In this document: one piece after another, positions 22,029 to 30,803 of the stretch
Layout: every line of letters starts with the position of its first letter
How positions within the stretch are numbered: the first letter of the stretch is position 1
Source of the DNA: Eubacteriales bacterium
GTDB taxonomy: Bacteria > Bacillota > Clostridia > Oscillospirales > CAG-272
Length of the DNA stretch: 34,996 bases
Direction: 5' to 3'
Assembly (NCBI GenBank): GCA_048527645.1
Contig: DBGFNI010000014.1
Span: 1 to 34,996 of the forward strand
Translations under genes and position numbers: made by a program
The notes under the pieces: generated by a model
Databases searched by the model: none
What the model was told of the DNA's origin: nothing
The model's input: only the letters and a program-made list of their open reading frames with translations

Positions 22029-23954
22029 ATGAAACTCTTACCACGGTATCCGGCGCGATGCTTCGGGGTGTTATTCACGGCGCTTGCAGCGGCTGTTCTT
22101 TTGACCGGCTGTCAAAACGGAACGGATCAGGCAAAGCAGGCGCAGACGGAAAGCGCGCAGCAGACAGAGAATGTATCGCAGACCGCGGCGGCGCAGAGCG
22201 TATCTTATGAGCAGATCTCTGCACTCACGCCGGAAACGGTGATCACTCTTGTGCAGGATCAGATTTCCGTGAGGGGCGAGGGGGCGACGGTCAGCGGCAA
22301 TACGGTGACGATTGAGCAGGGCGGCGTTTATGAATTGACCGGCACACTTTCGGACGGAAATATCGTTGTCAGCAGCACGGATAACCAAAAAGTGTATCTG
22401 ATGCTCCGTGACGCACATATCACCTCGCAGACAACGGCGCCGTTGTACATCGCCGACGCTAAGCGAACCGTGCTGTACACGGTCGCCGGGAGCGAGAACA
22501 GCTTTTGTGACAGCGCCGCAGGGGAAACGGCGATGGAGGACACGGAGACGGCGGAATACCCGGGGGCGACCGTTTATGCCAAGGACGATCTGGTGTTTGC
22601 GGGCGAGGGCGTCTTGCAGATTACGGCGCTGGGCAACAACGGCGTCAGCGGAAAGGACTGGGTGCAGGTTGTAAGCGGTACGCTGCAAATCAACGCGGTC
22701 AATCACGGGATCCGTGCGAAAGATTATTTTGCTGTCTGCGACGGCACGGTGACGGTGGAGGCGGCGGGCGACGGCCTTAAGAGTACCAATGACGCGGACG
22801 CCTCCCTCGGATTTGTTCGGATTGACGGGGGGACGCTGGATATCACGGCGAAGCAGGACGGGATAGACGCACAGACGCAGTTGCAGATTTGCGGCGGTAC
22901 GGTGAATGTGCATGCCGGAGACGAATCGAATGATACACCGTCTGGCGCAAATGCATCGGGCATGCCGGGTGGCACATTCGGCGGAAGAGGCGGTATGGCG
23001 GGATATTCCGCATCCGAACAGAATGCGGAATATGACGAAACGGACGATGACAGCGTCAGCATGAAGGGAATCAAGGCGGGCACGGCGCTGTATGTGAGCG
23101 GCGGAGAGCTTGCAGTTCAGGCTGTGTCACATTGCGTGCACAGCAGCGGCGACATGCAGATCGACGGCGGAACGCTGTCGGTTTCCTCATCCTACGGCAA
23201 GGGCTTTGCCGCCCACGGGGATTTGACCTTCGGCGGCACATGCGATGTCACGGTGAACGGCGCGACGGAGGGCATCGAATCCAAGCAGAGCGTGCAGATC
23301 ACCGGCGGCAGCGTGCGTGTGCTGGACGCAACGGACGACGGTGTAAACACGGGCGGACAAGCAAGCGAGTCGGACGCGGATGCGCACGGTATTCATATCT
23401 CGGGCGGGTATCTGTATGTTTGCGCACCGGCGGGAGACGGCTTGGATTCCAACGGAAATCTGACAGTCAGCGGCGGTACGGCCGTGGTGATCGGCAGCAA
23501 CAACGGCGGCAATTCCTGTTTAGACAGTGAATACGGCATTTCCCACACCGGCGGCACGCTGCTCGGCGTCGGCAGTGCCTCCTCCATGTGGCAGGATCTG
23601 GCAAACGATCTTTCCGGCACATATATTGCCAACACGTCGCTTGGCAGCGGCAGCGATTCGCTGGCGGTTGTGGACGGGCAGGGAGCGGTGCTGGCATATT
23701 TGGATCAGAGCTTTGCAAACGCGCAAATCGGCGCGGTGTACTTCGGTGAGGGGGGCGCTGCCTTCGTGGTCGGCGGGACGCTTGCGGGACAGACCAATGC
23801 GGACGGATACGCACAGAGCGGAACGCTCAGCGGCGGCAGCACCTTCTCAGCCGGTGAAATCACCGGCGGCATGGGCGGCATGCGAGGCGGTGGCGGCGGC
23901 GCGAACGCACCGGGCGATGCACCGCGCGGCAAAGGCGGGCAGCCGCCGGTCTGA
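22029..23954 (+). CDS. Lipoprotein of the Cthe_2159-like carbohydrate-binding beta-helix family, with a Gly-rich C-terminal tail
   Basis: ATG at 22029 follows a GGAGGA RBS. Signal peptide plus lipobox LLTGC. The body has repeated beta-helix-like rungs (G.TV.I..GG.Y.L.G, NGV.GKD, HGIRAKD, DGLKS, DGIDA, EGIES, DGVNTGG, DGLDSNG). The tail reads GGMGGMRGGGGGANAPGDAPRGKGGQPP. Confidence 0.75.
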   Translation: MKLLPRYPARCFGVLFTALAAAVLLTGCQNGTDQAKQAQTESAQQTENVSQTAAAQSVSYEQISALTPETVITLVQDQISVRGEGATVSGNTVTIEQGGVYELTGTLSDGNIVVSSTDNQKVYLMLRDAHITSQTTAPLYIADAKRTVLYTVAGSENSFCDSAAGETAMEDTETAEYPGATVYAKDDLVFAGEGVLQITALGNNGVSGKDWVQVVSGTLQINAVNHGIRAKDYFAVCDGTVTVEAAGDGLKSTNDADASLGFVRIDGGTLDITAKQDGIDAQTQLQICGGTVNVHAGDESNDTPSGANASGMPGGTFGGRGGMAGYSASEQNAEYDETDDDSVSMKGIKAGTALYVSGGELAVQAVSHCVHSSGDMQIDGGTLSVSSSYGKGFAAHGDLTFGGTCDVTVNGATEGIESKQSVQITGGSVRVLDATDDGVNTGGQASESDADAHGIHISGGYLYVCAPAGDGLDSNGNLTVSGGTAVVIGSNNGGNSCLDSEYGISHTGGTLLGVGSASSMWQDLANDLSGTYIANTSLGSGSDSLAVVDGQGAVLAYLDQSFANAQIGAVYFGEGGAAFVVGGTLAGQTNADGYAQSGTLSGGSTFSAGEITGGMGGMRGGGGGANAPGDAPRGKGGQPPV

Positions 23955-23990
23955 CAGCGGGAGGTGCTTGCGCTGCATTGGTGACACGAA

Positions 23991-24034
23991 AGAAACGAAA
24001 AAAGAAAGCCGATCGGGTGATCCGATCGGCTTTC
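23991..24034 (-). terminator. Intrinsic terminator of the symporter gene (may also serve the convergent plus-strand gene)
   Basis: A 13-bp perfect stem gaaagccgatcgg / ccgatcggctttc (24004-24016 and 24022-24034). On the minus strand it is followed by a T-rich run (complement of the A-rich 23991-24003). Confidence 0.75.
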
Positions 24035-24071
24035 TGATTGATACGGAAAAATGAAGCAGGGTGGGGGGAGA

Positions 24072-25619
24072 TTATTCTTCTGCTTTCATCTCTTCTTTCA
24101 GCTTTTCTTCCATTTCTTTTTGAATGGCAGGGTCATAGGAGAGCAAAGGCGCAATGTCCTTGTGCTTGATGCGGCGCTGTACATAGTTGTTTGTGATTTT
24201 GCAAACCAAACCGCTCAATGCGAGAACGCCGATCAGGTTGGGGATCATCATCAGCCCGTTGAAGGTATCGGAAATATCCCATGCCAGAGAGGAGGTCATG
24301 ATGGCGCCAGAGATAATCAGCACGACGAAAATGACCTTGTAGATCTGTTTTGCGCGCTTACCGCCCAGATATTCCACAGCCTTGGAGCCGTAGTGAGACC
24401 AGCCGAGCACTGTAGTGAAGGCGAAGAGGAGAATGGCAAGTGCAATGAACTTGTCGCCAAAGCCTCCGAAAACAGTGCGGAAAGCGGCGGCAACCAGCGT
24501 TGCGTCGCCTCCGGTTCCTGCCGCCAGCGTGCCGGTTGCAAGATCAATGACGCCGCTGGTGAGAACCACCAGCGCGGTCATGGTGCAAACGATCATTGTG
24601 TCGGCAAACACCTCAAAAATGCCCCACAGTCCCTGACGGACCGGCTCTGAAACATTGGAATTGGAATGAACCATCACAGAGGAGCCAAGTCCCGCCTCGT
24701 TGGAAAACACGCCGCGCTTGAAGCCCTGTGTGACAATGGTTTTCAGCGCGATACCGCCTGCGGCGCCCCATGCTGCTTTCGCCGTGAAGGCGCTCTTGAA
24801 AATAGCTGCGAATGCTGCACCGATCTGTGAGTAGTTCACGCCGATGATCACGAGCGAGCCCAGAACAAACAGCACGACCATCACGGGGACGATCTTTTCC
24901 GCCACGTTGGCAATGCGCTGCAAGCCGCCCAGAATGATCAGCGCGCCCAGAATGACCAGCGCCACGCCGATCAGCACTGCATACAGCGACACGCCGTCCA
25001 GCACTTCGATGCCGGAGAGCGAGGGGATCTTAAATGCGCTTTCGATATTGGAAACAATTTTATTGACCTGACCCATGTTTCCAATGCCGAAGGAGGCGAG
25101 GATGGCAAAGCAGGAGAAAAGCACCGCCAGAATCTTACCGATCCATTTGAAACCCTTGTAGCTGCCTAGACCGTCCTGCAAATAGTACATGGCACCGCCT
25201 GCCCATTCACCGTCCACCTTGCGGCGGTAATAGATACCCAAAACATTTTCGGAGAAGTTGGTCATCATGCCGAAAAATGCTGCCAGCCACATCCAGAAAA
25301 CAGCGCCCGGACCGCCTGTGACAATCGCCGCTGCCACACCGGCAATATTTCCCACGCCGACCGTTGCGGCGAGTGCGGTGCAAAGCGCCTGAAACTGCGA
25401 AATCGACGCTTTTTCGCCGGTATGTGCAGACACATGCTTTTTGAAAATGCTGCCGAGCGTATATTTGAACCAGTGACCGATGTGCGTGATCTGAAAGACC
25501 TTGGTCAGCGCGGTCATGATGATGCCGGTGCCGACCAGCAGCACGACGCCGAACAACCCCCAAACCCAGCTGTTGACATACCCGTTTGCTTTTGCAAGCG
25601 TATCAAAGAATGTTCCCAT
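24072..25619 (-). CDS. Alanine/glycine:cation symporter (AGCS family)
   Basis: Start MGTFFDTL at 25619. Motifs ISQFQALCTALAATVGVGNIAGVAAAI..GGPGAVFWMW and SNEAGLGS are typical of sodium:alanine symporter family proteins. Confidence 0.9.
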   Translation of the reverse strand: MGTFFDTLAKANGYVNSWVWGLFGVVLLVGTGIIMTALTKVFQITHIGHWFKYTLGSIFKKHVSAHTGEKASISQFQALCTALAATVGVGNIAGVAAAIVTGGPGAVFWMWLAAFFGMMTNFSENVLGIYYRRKVDGEWAGGAMYYLQDGLGSYKGFKWIGKILAVLFSCFAILASFGIGNMGQVNKIVSNIESAFKIPSLSGIEVLDGVSLYAVLIGVALVILGALIILGGLQRIANVAEKIVPVMVVLFVLGSLVIIGVNYSQIGAAFAAIFKSAFTAKAAWGAAGGIALKTIVTQGFKRGVFSNEAGLGSSVMVHSNSNVSEPVRQGLWGIFEVFADTMIVCTMTALVVLTSGVIDLATGTLAAGTGGDATLVAAAFRTVFGGFGDKFIALAILLFAFTTVLGWSHYGSKAVEYLGGKRAKQIYKVIFVVLIISGAIMTSSLAWDISDTFNGLMMIPNLIGVLALSGLVCKITNNYVQRRIKHKDIAPLLSYDPAIQKEMEEKLKEEMKAEE

Positions 25620-25691
25620 GTTTGATGTCCTTTCTTTTTGCAACAAAAGAAAAACGCGGAATGCCTGAAGCACTCCGCTGAATCATCACGG

Positions 25692-25720
25692 AAAAAACGG
25701 GGTGCGATGCACCGATCCGT
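25692..25720 (-). terminator. Riboswitch expression-platform terminator
   Basis: Minus strand reads acgg-atc-ggtgc atc gcacc ccgt followed by TTTTTT. It lies between the glycine aptamers and the symporter RBS. Confidence 0.7.
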
Positions 25721-25735
25721 TTTGGGTGTGTGATT

Positions 25736-25950
25736 CTGTCCTTTTGCCTGAGAGATTTGGAACGGGTACGGTTCCTTGCACCTTCGGCATCCGATTGTTA
25801 CGGAATTCTCCAGAACGCTATCCGCTTTCAGTCCCGGCAGTGTAACCGCGGGGCACCGAATCTGTCCGGCGCCTGCGGGGAAAACTGCACCTGAGAGTGT
25901 TACTCCTTCGGTGGACAGCGGCACAGCGCCGTCCGTTTCCTGAAAGTTTC
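25736..25950 (-). promoter_or_regulatory. Glycine riboswitch (tandem aptamers) in the symporter leader
   Basis: The minus-strand proximal aptamer is canonical: CTGGAGA...GCCGAAGGTGCAA...(ggaac/gttcc hairpin)...CTCTCAGGCAAAAGGACAG. The distal aptamer is more divergent: CACCGAAGGAGTAACACTCTCAGG...(ggtgc/gcgcc insertion)...GGACAG. Confidence 0.8.
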
Positions 25951-25978
25951 CTTTAGCACAATATATATTTTAATATTT

Positions 25979-26006
25979 ATTTTAACAGATTTTTCAGAAT
26001 TGTCAA
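25979..26006 (-). promoter_or_regulatory. Sigma-A promoter of the riboswitch-symporter unit
   Basis: Minus strand reads TTGACA (26006-26001), a 16-nt spacer, then TAAAAT (25984-25979) preceded by TGt. Confidence 0.6.
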
Positions 26007-26086
26007 TAGTTTTGCGGCAAAGAAGGGAAAAAAGGGGAAAAAGGCGAAAAAACAGCAGGGAAAAAGTGAAAAATTGCAAAAACCCC

Positions 26087-26115
26087 TTTCCATTTCCCGC
26101 AAGATATTGTATAAT
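26087..26115 (+). promoter_or_regulatory. Putative promoter of zapA
   Basis: TTTCCA (26087-26092), a 17-nt spacer, then TATAAT (26110-26115). It lies downstream of a block of phased A-tracts. The -35 is weak. Confidence 0.4.
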
Positions 26116-26225
26116 GATAATATGGATAATTATAATCGGGGAAATATGCAAAGAAAGCACGGTTTCCCACAAAAACGGCATCCGCACTCGGAAAGGATGC
26201 CGCAAGCAGAACGGAGGGATTCTAT

Positions 26226-26522
26226 TTGAAGAACAAATGTCAAATCACCATTGCGGGGATCCAACTGAATCTGGTCAGTGAATACGACGCAGACTATGTA
26301 GAGCAGCTGGCGCAGCGTGTCGATGCGGCGGTGCAGCCTCTGCTGGAAAAAAGCAATTACTCCAAAGTGGAAGCGGCGCTTTTGTGCCTGATGGACACGA
26401 TGGACACGCTGGAAAAGCGTGATGCGGAGGTGCTGCAGCTCAAAAAAGAATTGCAGAGCGCGCAGCTCGATATGGAAATTCTGCGAATCGAAAAGGAAAA
26501 ACTGGCTGCGAAAAAGGATTGA
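26226..26522 (+). CDS. zapA: Cell division protein ZapA
   Basis: 98 aa. TTG start with a GGAGGG RBS 7 nt upstream. The pattern KCQITIAGIQLNLVSEYDADYVEQLAQRVD plus a C-terminal coiled coil is typical of ZapA. Confidence 0.8.
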   Translation: MKNKCQITIAGIQLNLVSEYDADYVEQLAQRVDAAVQPLLEKSNYSKVEAALLCLMDTMDTLEKRDAEVLQLKKELQSAQLDMEILRIEKEKLAAKKD

Positions 26523-26567
26523 CGGCGTGGCGCGAGAAGGCTGAAAAATGCGGGGGAGGGATACGGC

Positions 26568-28781
26568 ATGAGCATTCAGACGCAAACGGCAGATGCTCTT
26601 CTGCCGGAGCTGCTCGCGCCCGCAGGCAGCATAGAGGCGCTGCGCGCGGCGGTTTTGGCTGGGGCGGATGCGGTGTATTTCGGCGCGGGTGATTTCAACG
26701 CGCGGATGTATGCGGCGAATTTTGACGGAGACGCGCTGCGTGAGGCGATACAGTTCTGCGCGTTTCACGGTGTGAAGACCTATGCGGCGATGAACACGCT
26801 GGTTCATGCGCGCGAGCTGCCGGATTTTTTGCGCTGTGCCGAAGCGTTGTACACATGCGGTGCCGATGCGCTGATTGTAGCGGATCTCGGCGCGGCGGCG
26901 CTGCTGCACAAAAATTTCCCCGATTTTCCGCTGCATGCCAGCACGCAAGCGTGCGGGCATAACCTTTTTGCCGCGCGTGCACTGGCGGAGGCGGGCTTTT
27001 CCCGCATGGTATGCGCGCGGGAAGCGTCTTTTTCCGATTTGCAGACGCTTTGCGCCGCATCGCCGATTGAAATTGAAATGTTTATCCACGGCGCGCTGTG
27101 TGTTTCGCAGTCCGGACAGTGCCTGTTCAGCTCGGTGATCGGCGGCAGAAGCGGCAACCGGGGCAGATGCGCCCAGCCGTGCCGTTTGCCGTACCGCTTT
27201 TGCGGGAAAGGAAGAGAGCAATACCTTCTGTCTCTCAAGGATTATTGCCTGGCAGGGCATATTACCGAGCTATTATCATTGCGTGTTTCCTCGCTGAAAA
27301 TCGAGGGGAGAATGAAAAGCCCCGGATATGTATACGGCGTGACGAAAATGTACCGCACGCTGTTGGACGAGCGGCGCTGTGCCGATGCGGAAGAGATGGA
27401 GCAGCTGGCACGCCAGTTTTCCAGAGGCGGTCTGACCGACGGCTATTTTGTCGGAAAAACGGATCACACGATGCTGGGAATTCGCTCGCAGGCAGACAAG
27501 GACCGCACGGCGGAGGCAGAAAAAAGCGCGCTTGCGGCGCTGCGGGAGCAGGAGGCACGGGGCGGAAAAAAGCATTTGATCAATCTCTGCTTTACCGCAC
27601 AAAAAGACTGTCCGATCTGCCTTGTGCTGCGGTGTGAGGAAATTGAGGTGTGCGTGACGGGGCCGCTGCCCGACGCGGCGGAAAACACGGCGCTGGACGT
27701 CGCCGCCGTGCGCCGGCAGCTATCCAGGTTAGGCAACACGCCGTATGAGGCGGCAGAAATCACCTGCGAAATACAGCCGGCGCTGTCCGTGCCGCTGTCG
27801 GCGCTCAACGATTTGCGGCGCCGCGGCATTCAGACGCTGTGCCGGGCGATGGAGCAGGCGCGGTGCCCGCACAGAGAGACGCGCGCATACCGTTTGCCGG
27901 AGCATTTGACCGTGCAGCGCGAAAAAGCAGAAGAGCGGCAGATCACAAGCCAGGCGTGCTTTTTTCACACAGAACAGATTGTGCCGCAGGCGAAAACATA
28001 TTTTGAGCGTATTTGGCTGCCGCTGCAAACGGCGGTTGAAAACTTGCCGCGTGCGCTTGCGGCCGGCGTGCAGGGCGTGATATTGCCGCCGGTGATTTTA
28101 GACGGGCGCACGGCGCAGGTGAAAAAAATGCTGGAGCAGGTGCGCGCAGCGGGCATGACGCATGCGCTGTGCGGCGTGCCGGGGCAGATGCAGTTGGCGC
28201 GGGAGTGCGGTTTGATTCCCTGCGGCAGTTATCGGTGCAACATTTATTCTTCCGAGAGTGCTGCCGTGTGGCACGCGTGGGGCGGCGAGGAACTCTGTAT
28301 CTCGCCGGAGCTGACGGTACCGCGGGCAGGCGGCATCCGCGTGCCCGGCAGAAAGGGCGCTGTGGTATACGGCAGGCTGCCGCTGATGCAGCTGCGCCGA
28401 TGCGTGATCCGGCAGACGGACACGCCGTGCGGCAGTGCGCAGGAGCCGACCGGATATGATGCGTGCCGCCGGGAAAATCTGTTTTTGACTGACCGAACCG
28501 GTGCGGCGTTTCCGCTGGTGCCCAGCTTTGACCATCAGAACATGCTGCTCAACAGTGTGCCGCTTTATATGGGTGACAGACCGCAGGAGCTGCGTGCCAT
28601 GCAGTGTGACTATCACATGTTTCTGTTTTCGGTGGAAACGCCGTCGCAGATACAGCGCGTGATGCATGATTATACCGTCGGCGCACCGGCAAGCGGCGCG
28701 CACCGGCGGATTCCGCGCAAGCAGGAGCTGCCGAAGGCGCAGACCGTGCGGAAGCGCGGACACACAAAAAACAGAACATAG
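26568..28781 (+). CDS. U32-family peptidase (long form with C-terminal extension)
   Basis: 737 aa. Motifs PELLAPAGSIEALRAAVLAGADAVYFG and E.F.HGALC.S.SGQC..S....GRSGNRG.CAQPCR are the U32 signature. Confidence 0.9.
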   Translation: MSIQTQTADALLPELLAPAGSIEALRAAVLAGADAVYFGAGDFNARMYAANFDGDALREAIQFCAFHGVKTYAAMNTLVHARELPDFLRCAEALYTCGADALIVADLGAAALLHKNFPDFPLHASTQACGHNLFAARALAEAGFSRMVCAREASFSDLQTLCAASPIEIEMFIHGALCVSQSGQCLFSSVIGGRSGNRGRCAQPCRLPYRFCGKGREQYLLSLKDYCLAGHITELLSLRVSSLKIEGRMKSPGYVYGVTKMYRTLLDERRCADAEEMEQLARQFSRGGLTDGYFVGKTDHTMLGIRSQADKDRTAEAEKSALAALREQEARGGKKHLINLCFTAQKDCPICLVLRCEEIEVCVTGPLPDAAENTALDVAAVRRQLSRLGNTPYEAAEITCEIQPALSVPLSALNDLRRRGIQTLCRAMEQARCPHRETRAYRLPEHLTVQREKAEERQITSQACFFHTEQIVPQAKTYFERIWLPLQTAVENLPRALAAGVQGVILPPVILDGRTAQVKKMLEQVRAAGMTHALCGVPGQMQLARECGLIPCGSYRCNIYSSESAAVWHAWGGEELCISPELTVPRAGGIRVPGRKGAVVYGRLPLMQLRRCVIRQTDTPCGSAQEPTGYDACRRENLFLTDRTGAAFPLVPSFDHQNMLLNSVPLYMGDRPQELRAMQCDYHMFLFSVETPSQIQRVMHDYTVGAPASGAHRRIPRKQELPKAQTVRKRGHTKNRT

Positions 28782-28812
28782 AACATAATACGGAAAAGGA
28801 CTGAAAAAAGAG

Positions 28813-29079
28813 ATGTTTCGTAAAGGTTGGTTATTTGAGGTATTTTTGGTTTGCGTCGGAGTCGTGATCGGCTCGCTGATCGCCGAGCTGGCACGTCCGC
28901 TCAAGGCACTGGGGTGGCTGGCTTATTCTCTGTCTTTCGGCTTGCCGCAGGAGCTGCAGGTCAATCTTCATATTGTTGATCTGCGATTCGGCATTCAGCT
29001 CAATCTCAGTGTTGCGGTGATTATTTGCGTCATTCTCAGTCTGGTGCTGGGTCACCTTTTGGCGGGGAAGAGCAGATGA
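28813..29079 (+). CDS. DUF4321-like small membrane protein
   Basis: 88 aa with two hydrophobic helices. It sits immediately upstream of, and overlaps (ATGA), maf. As I recall, this position is conserved for DUF4321 proteins in Clostridia. Confidence 0.7.
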   Translation: MFRKGWLFEVFLVCVGVVIGSLIAELARPLKALGWLAYSLSFGLPQELQVNLHIVDLRFGIQLNLSVAVIICVILSLVLGHLLAGKSR

Positions 29080-29720
29080 AGCCGGATACACTGATTCTCG
29101 CATCCAAATCGCCGCGCCGTCTGGAAATCCTGCAGCGCATGGGACTGCATGCGACGGTGCGGGCGTTTGAAACGGATGAGACAGTCGATCCCGCGCTGGA
29201 GCTGACGCCGTCGCAGACCGTGCAGCTGCTGGCAGAGCGAAAGGCGCGCGCCGCGCGCGACGCGATCGGCGGGGAAAATGCCGCCGGGCAAGGACGCTGT
29301 CTGATCATCGCGGCGGACACCGTGGTGGCGCTGGGAGACAGAATTTTAGGCAAGCCGCGGGACGAGGCGGACGCGTTTGACATGCTGCGCGCCCTGTCCG
29401 GCACAACCCACCGGGTGCTCACGGGCATGGCGGTGTGCGATGCGGCGGGCGGCGCGATTGCTGCGGAGGTGTCGGAGAGCACAGTGCGCTTCCGAAAGCT
29501 GTCCGATGCGGAGATTCGTGCGTATATTGCGACGAAAGAGCCGATGGACAAAGCGGGCGCGTATGCGATCCAGCAGCGGGGCGCGCTGTTTGCCGAGCAC
29601 ATCGAGGGAGATTTCTTCGGCATTATGGGCCTGTCTGTCAGCACGCTTGACCGACTGCTCCGGGATCATTTTGCATATGATATTCTTGCGGGAAACCCGC
29701 ACGGCGAGAATCGCGGATAA
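29076..29720 (+). CDS. maf: Maf-family nucleoside triphosphate pyrophosphatase (septum formation protein)
   Basis: Start MKPDTLILASKSPRRLEIL. Motifs DTVV..G.ILGKP and DKAGAYAIQ are typical of Maf. Confidence 0.9.
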   Translation: MKPDTLILASKSPRRLEILQRMGLHATVRAFETDETVDPALELTPSQTVQLLAERKARAARDAIGGENAAGQGRCLIIAADTVVALGDRILGKPRDEADAFDMLRALSGTTHRVLTGMAVCDAAGGAIAAEVSESTVRFRKLSDAEIRAYIATKEPMDKAGAYAIQQRGALFAEHIEGDFFGIMGLSVSTLDRLLRDHFAYDILAGNPHGENRG

Positions 29721-29763
29721 ACCAAGCTGTGAGAATCGCAGATAAACCGAAAAGGAAAGAAAC

Positions 29764-30771
29764 ATGGCGAAAACAATAGGAATTGATACGGGAACGCAAA
29801 CAACCCGCGTGGCGGTGCGGGGGCGCGGCATTGTGCTGCGTCAACCGTCTGTGGTTGCCGTGAGCGAATCGGCGGGGGAGATCATTGCCGTGGGAGACGA
29901 CGCAGCAAAAATGTACGGCAAAACAGACCGTGACATCACCGTGACCCGACCGCTGAGCGACGGGGTGATTGTGCACTGCGATGAGGCGCAGGGCATGCTG
30001 GAGGAATTTATCTCCGCGTCCGTGGACGCCTTTTGGGGGCATCCGCATGTTGTGGCGAGCGTGCCGCTGGGCATCACGGAAATTGAACGCCGCGCGCTGG
30101 AAAAGGTGCTGTACGAGGCGGGCGGCAAAAATGTTCGTTTGCTGGAAAGTGTGATATTGGCGGCGCTTGGCGCGTCTGTCCCGGTGATGCAGCCGCACGG
30201 CTATATGGTGGTGGACATCGGCGCCGGCACAACCGAGGCGGCGCTGATCAGCATGGGCAGAATCGTGTGTGCACAGTCCTGCCGTGTCGGCGGAGAGGCG
30301 ATCAACAGTGCGCTGATTGCCCATGTGCGGAAAAAATTCGGACTGGTGATCGGGAGCGGCACGGCGGAGCAGATCAAATGCACCGTCGGCACGGCATATC
30401 CCGGCGCGCAGACCGGTGAAATGGGCGTTCACGGTCTGAACGCGGCAAGCGGCAGACCGGATAGTGTGATGGTGAAAAGCGAGGATGTATTCGACGGGAT
30501 CAGCGACCCCATTTTGCGCATTGTCGAATGTGTCCGCGGCGTGCTGCAAAACGCGCCGCCCGAGATGGCAGCCGACTTGTGCGATGACGGCATCACGCTC
30601 ACCGGCGGCGGGGCGCTGCTTTGCGGGATGGAGCAGCTGCTTAGCCGTGTGACAAAGACCGACGTGCATACGGCGCAGAATCCCGCGGACGCGGTTGCGC
30701 TGGGGCTGAATCGGGTGCTGCGCCGAACGGGCGATCTGGACCGCATTTTTTCGCTGCGGGAAGAAGAATAA
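29764..30771 (+). CDS. mreB: MreB-family actin-like rod-shape protein (divergent paralog)
   Basis: 335 aa. Motifs IGIDTGT, PSVVAV, RPLSDGVI, VVDIGAGTTE and LTGGGALL correspond to the actin-fold phosphate and adenosine motifs of MreB. Confidence 0.85.
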   Translation: MAKTIGIDTGTQTTRVAVRGRGIVLRQPSVVAVSESAGEIIAVGDDAAKMYGKTDRDITVTRPLSDGVIVHCDEAQGMLEEFISASVDAFWGHPHVVASVPLGITEIERRALEKVLYEAGGKNVRLLESVILAALGASVPVMQPHGYMVVDIGAGTTEAALISMGRIVCAQSCRVGGEAINSALIAHVRKKFGLVIGSGTAEQIKCTVGTAYPGAQTGEMGVHGLNAASGRPDSVMVKSEDVFDGISDPILRIVECVRGVLQNAPPEMAADLCDDGITLTGGGALLCGMEQLLSRVTKTDVHTAQNPADAVALGLNRVLRRTGDLDRIFSLREEE

Positions 30772-30803
30772 ACTGCTTAGAAAGGAACGGCGTTTTCAAT
30801 CAG

